A stretch of 64,000 nucleotides of DNA from the NCBI GenBank assembly GCA_947487385.1, contig CANKWU010000007.1, forward strand, positions 7,894 to 71,893, given 5' to 3'. The position numbers and the translations under genes are program-made. The number at the start of each line of letters is the position of its first letter. Position 1 is the first letter of the stretch. The notes below the pieces were generated by a model. It ran no database searches. It was not told where the DNA came from and saw only the letters and a list, made by a program, of their open reading frames with translations. Positions 61,805 through 64,000 of this stretch are shown here, piece by piece. The stretch is from Spartobacteria bacterium. Its GTDB lineage: Bacteria > Verrucomicrobiota > Verrucomicrobiia > Chthoniobacterales > UBA6821.

Positions 61805-63655
61805 CTACTCGACGGTAACGCTTTTGGCCAGATTCCGCGGCTTATCCACATCGCACCCCAACTCCACCGCAATGTGGTAGGCAAAGATCTGGAGGACGAT
61901 CGATGTCAGGATCGGGGTCAGGATCTCAGGGGCATCAGGAATGAGAATGACATCGTCACAGACCAGCGAGAGTTCCTTCCCCTTACCCTCGGTTCCGATG
62001 GCGATCACAGGGCCACCTCGGGCCTTGACCTCCTCGATATTGCTCAAATTCTTGTGAAAGACGGCGTCGTGCGGGGCAATCACTACAGATGGGGTCTCAG
62101 GGTTAACCAAAGCGATGACTCCGTGCTTCAGTTCTGCACTGGGATAGCCCATGGCGGCGATGTAGCTGATCTCCTTGAGCTTCAGAGCACCTTCCATGGC
62201 CACGGGATAGTTAAACTGACGCCCCATAAAGAGCATCACCTTCGAATGAGCATACCGCTTCGCGATTTTGGCGATCTCAGGCTCAAGCTGGAGGACTTTC
62301 TCGATCTGGGCAGGAAGGGCCTCGAGTTCGGTGATAATACGGGTTCCAGCTGAGCTGGAGAGATTACGAATCCGGCCTAGAAGTAGGGCGATGAGGGTGA
62401 GAATCGTAACCTGGGAGGTGAAGGATTTGGTGGCGGCCACTCCGATCTCAGGGCCGGCATGCATGTAGACGCCGCCGTCACTTTCCCTCGCAATCGTGCT
62501 CGCCACGTTGTTGCAGATCCCAAGGGTTCGGTGACCCTTTCTCTTGCTCTCACGAAGGGCGGCCAGGGTGTCTGCAGTCTCGCCGCTCTGACTGAGAACA
62601 AACACCAGGGTGTCCTTGGTCATCGGAAGGTTGCGGTAGCGGAACTCGCTGGCGTACTCACACTCGGTTGGGATCTGGGCCAGACTCTCGATCAGGTACT
62701 CGCCAACCATGGCAGCATGAAAGGCAGTACCGCAGCCGCTGAGCACGATCCGCTCGATGGTGCGGAGTTCGGCATTGGACATATTGAGTCCGCCGAGTTT
62801 GGCGGTGGCCTCTTCATGGGAAAGCCGCCCACGCATCGCATCGGTGACGCTGCGGACCTGCTCGTGGATCTCCTTGAGCATGTAGTGAGGGTAGTCCCCC
62901 TTGCCCACATCCTCTTCAGTCATGTCGACCTTGGTGACGCTGTAATCAGCCCCATTCCCCTGAACTGTGGAGAGGGTAAATCCCTCGTCGGAGAGGACCG
63001 CAATCTCGTAGTCGTTCAGATAGACGACATCGCGGGTGTAACCAACGATGGCACTGACATCGCTGGCCAGGAAGTGTTCCCCCTTCCCGATGCCGAGCAC
63101 GAGCGGGCTTCCCCGGCGTGCCCCAATCAGGACTCCGGGAAGATCCGCATGCACGATGGCGATTCCATAAGTGCCTGCAACCTGACCAAGAGCCTCCCGA
63201 AGTGCGGAAACAAGAGCTCCCGGAGTACGCTCCGAACAGCGGTCAAAGGCACGTCCGACAAGATGGGCCAGGACCTCGGTGTCGGTCTGGGAGTGAAACT
63301 GATGCCCCTCCTCTTCGAGTTGTGCGCGAAGCGAGGCGTAGTTCTCAATCACGCCGTTATGGACGAGAGCCAACTTGCCGGAACGATCGAAGTGCGGGTG
63401 AGCATTCTCGCGGGTTACCTTGCCATGAGTGGCCCACCGAGTGTGACTGATGCCGGTGGAGCCGCCGATCGGATTGATGGCGATAGCCTTGCGCAGATCA
63501 TCGATACGTCCCACCTCCTTGCGCACGGAGACAATCCCCTCCTCTAGGGTGGCAACGCCGGCAGAGTCATACCCTCTGTATTCCAAACGACGAAGCCCCT
63601 CCAGAAGGATTGGGGCTGCCTCAGCACTACCGACATAGCCTACGATTCCGCACAT
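61805..63655 (-). CDS. glmS: Glutamine--fructose-6-phosphate aminotransferase
   Basis: MCGIVGYVG N-terminus, two SIS domains, and the C-terminal KPRNLAKSVTVE. Confidence 0.95.
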   Translation of the reverse strand: MCGIVGYVGSAEAAPILLEGLRRLEYRGYDSAGVATLEEGIVSVRKEVGRIDDLRKAIAINPIGGSTGISHTRWATHGKVTRENAHPHFDRSGKLALVHNGVIENYASLRAQLEEEGHQFHSQTDTEVLAHLVGRAFDRCSERTPGALVSALREALGQVAGTYGIAIVHADLPGVLIGARRGSPLVLGIGKGEHFLASDVSAIVGYTRDVVYLNDYEIAVLSDEGFTLSTVQGNGADYSVTKVDMTEEDVGKGDYPHYMLKEIHEQVRSVTDAMRGRLSHEEATAKLGGLNMSNAELRTIERIVLSGCGTAFHAAMVGEYLIESLAQIPTECEYASEFRYRNLPMTKDTLVFVLSQSGETADTLAALRESKRKGHRTLGICNNVASTIARESDGGVYMHAGPEIGVAATKSFTSQVTILTLIALLLGRIRNLSSSAGTRIITELEALPAQIEKVLQLEPEIAKIAKRYAHSKVMLFMGRQFNYPVAMEGALKLKEISYIAAMGYPSAELKHGVIALVNPETPSVVIAPHDAVFHKNLSNIEEVKARGGPVIAIGTEGKGKELSLVCDDVILIPDAPEILTPILTSIVLQIFAYHIAVELGCDVDKPRNLAKSVTVE

Positions 63656-63779
63656 AAGATTTTTTTAATAATGCCCTTTACCCTTGCTTGAGGGATTTTG
63701 AGCGATTTAAGAGGATGACAAACAGAAGGAGTCTTCGCAAGATGCTTCGGTCTCCACCAAACCATCCATTCTCAAGAAT

Positions 63780-64000
63780 ATGCAAACCAAGCATGTCATC
63801 GCCCCAGCAACCCGCACCCTGGCCATCATCATGGGTGGAGGAGCAGGCAAGCGTCTCTTTCCCCTCACCAAAGATAGGGCCAAGCCGGCCGTGCCAATCG
63901 GAGGGAAATACCGTCTCGTCGATGTGCCGATCAGCAATTGTCTGAATTCCGGCATCCGGGGCATCTATGTCCTGACGCAGTTCAACAGCACGTCTCTCCA
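63780..64000 (+). CDS. glgC: Glucose-1-phosphate adenylyltransferase, N-terminal part (runs off the right edge)
   Basis: My own translation from ATG 63780 reads [73 protein letters not shown]. This is the canonical GlgC N-terminus. It is not in the ORF track because it has no stop in the window. Confidence 0.85.
   Translation, partial: MQTKHVIAPATRTLAIIMGGGAGKRLFPLTKDRAKPAVPIGGKYRLVDVPISNCLNSGIRGIYVLTQFNSTSL

Noticed and set aside
62459-63547. 362-aa + strand ORF opposite glmS (similar cases: 16976..17947 opposite guaA, 55460..56215 opposite the M29-like gene, 57758..58462 opposite dapL)
   Set aside because: All are antisense to genes with canonical motifs and lack any family signature.
1-64000. 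Scan for CRISPR arrays, rRNA, transposases/IS ends, integrases and reverse transcriptases
   Set aside because: I noticed no regularly spaced short direct repeats and no recognisable transposase, integrase or RT motifs in any listed ORF. The only mobile-element-like signals are the attC-like hairpins and the 123-bp direct repeat reported above.

Overview
The window is a 64-kb bacterial chromosomal segment with about 65 protein genes and one tRNA, read by eye with no tools. Several traits suggest a PVC-group or Verrucomicrobiota-like organism: DapL-type lysine synthesis, a PEP-CTERM protein, sulfatase plus FGE, many 4-bp start/stop overlaps and weak Shine-Dalgarno signals. That assignment is inference only.

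The housekeeping backbone comprises aroB, yceD-rpmF-plsX-fabH, coaD, guaA, aat, mutS, thiG, pyk, ribE, dapL, glmS, glgC (partial) and tRNA-Val(CAC).

Six accessory or unusual patches stand out:
1. 1.6-9.4 kb: a translationally coupled envelope operon (ExbB-ExbD, Pro-rich/TPR protein, HtrA, three unknowns).
2. 11.3-12.7 kb: a Phd/Doc toxin-antitoxin pair plus an AT-rich secreted-protein gene.
3. 24.1-29.4 kb: a partner-switching locus with two tandem Cache-HAMP-PP2C sensor paralogs flanking a STAS gene. One paralog carries a fused RsbW-like kinase; the other holds a decayed kinase fossil and a gene-conversion tract.
4. 29.4-32.65 kb: an AT-richer run of short same-strand genes separated by 58-59 bp elements with integron attC (59-be) geometry and no integrase in view. 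This is my top candidate.
5. 40.1-48.2 kb: a light/DNA-damage cluster with three cryptochrome/photolyase-family genes (one apparently domain-permuted), DUF2256, DUF3050, TIGR03643, DUF2071, AlkB and an embedded ADP-ribosylglycohydrolase.
6. 49.3-54.7 kb: a sulfatase + HAD + unknown + FGE cassette bracketed by diverged 123-bp direct repeats derived from a membrane-protein gene.

A LarA-like/gluconokinase/SDR operon, a DevCAB-like exporter and a PEP-CTERM-anchored trypsin-like protease are also present. No CRISPR array, rRNA, transposase or integrase was recognised.
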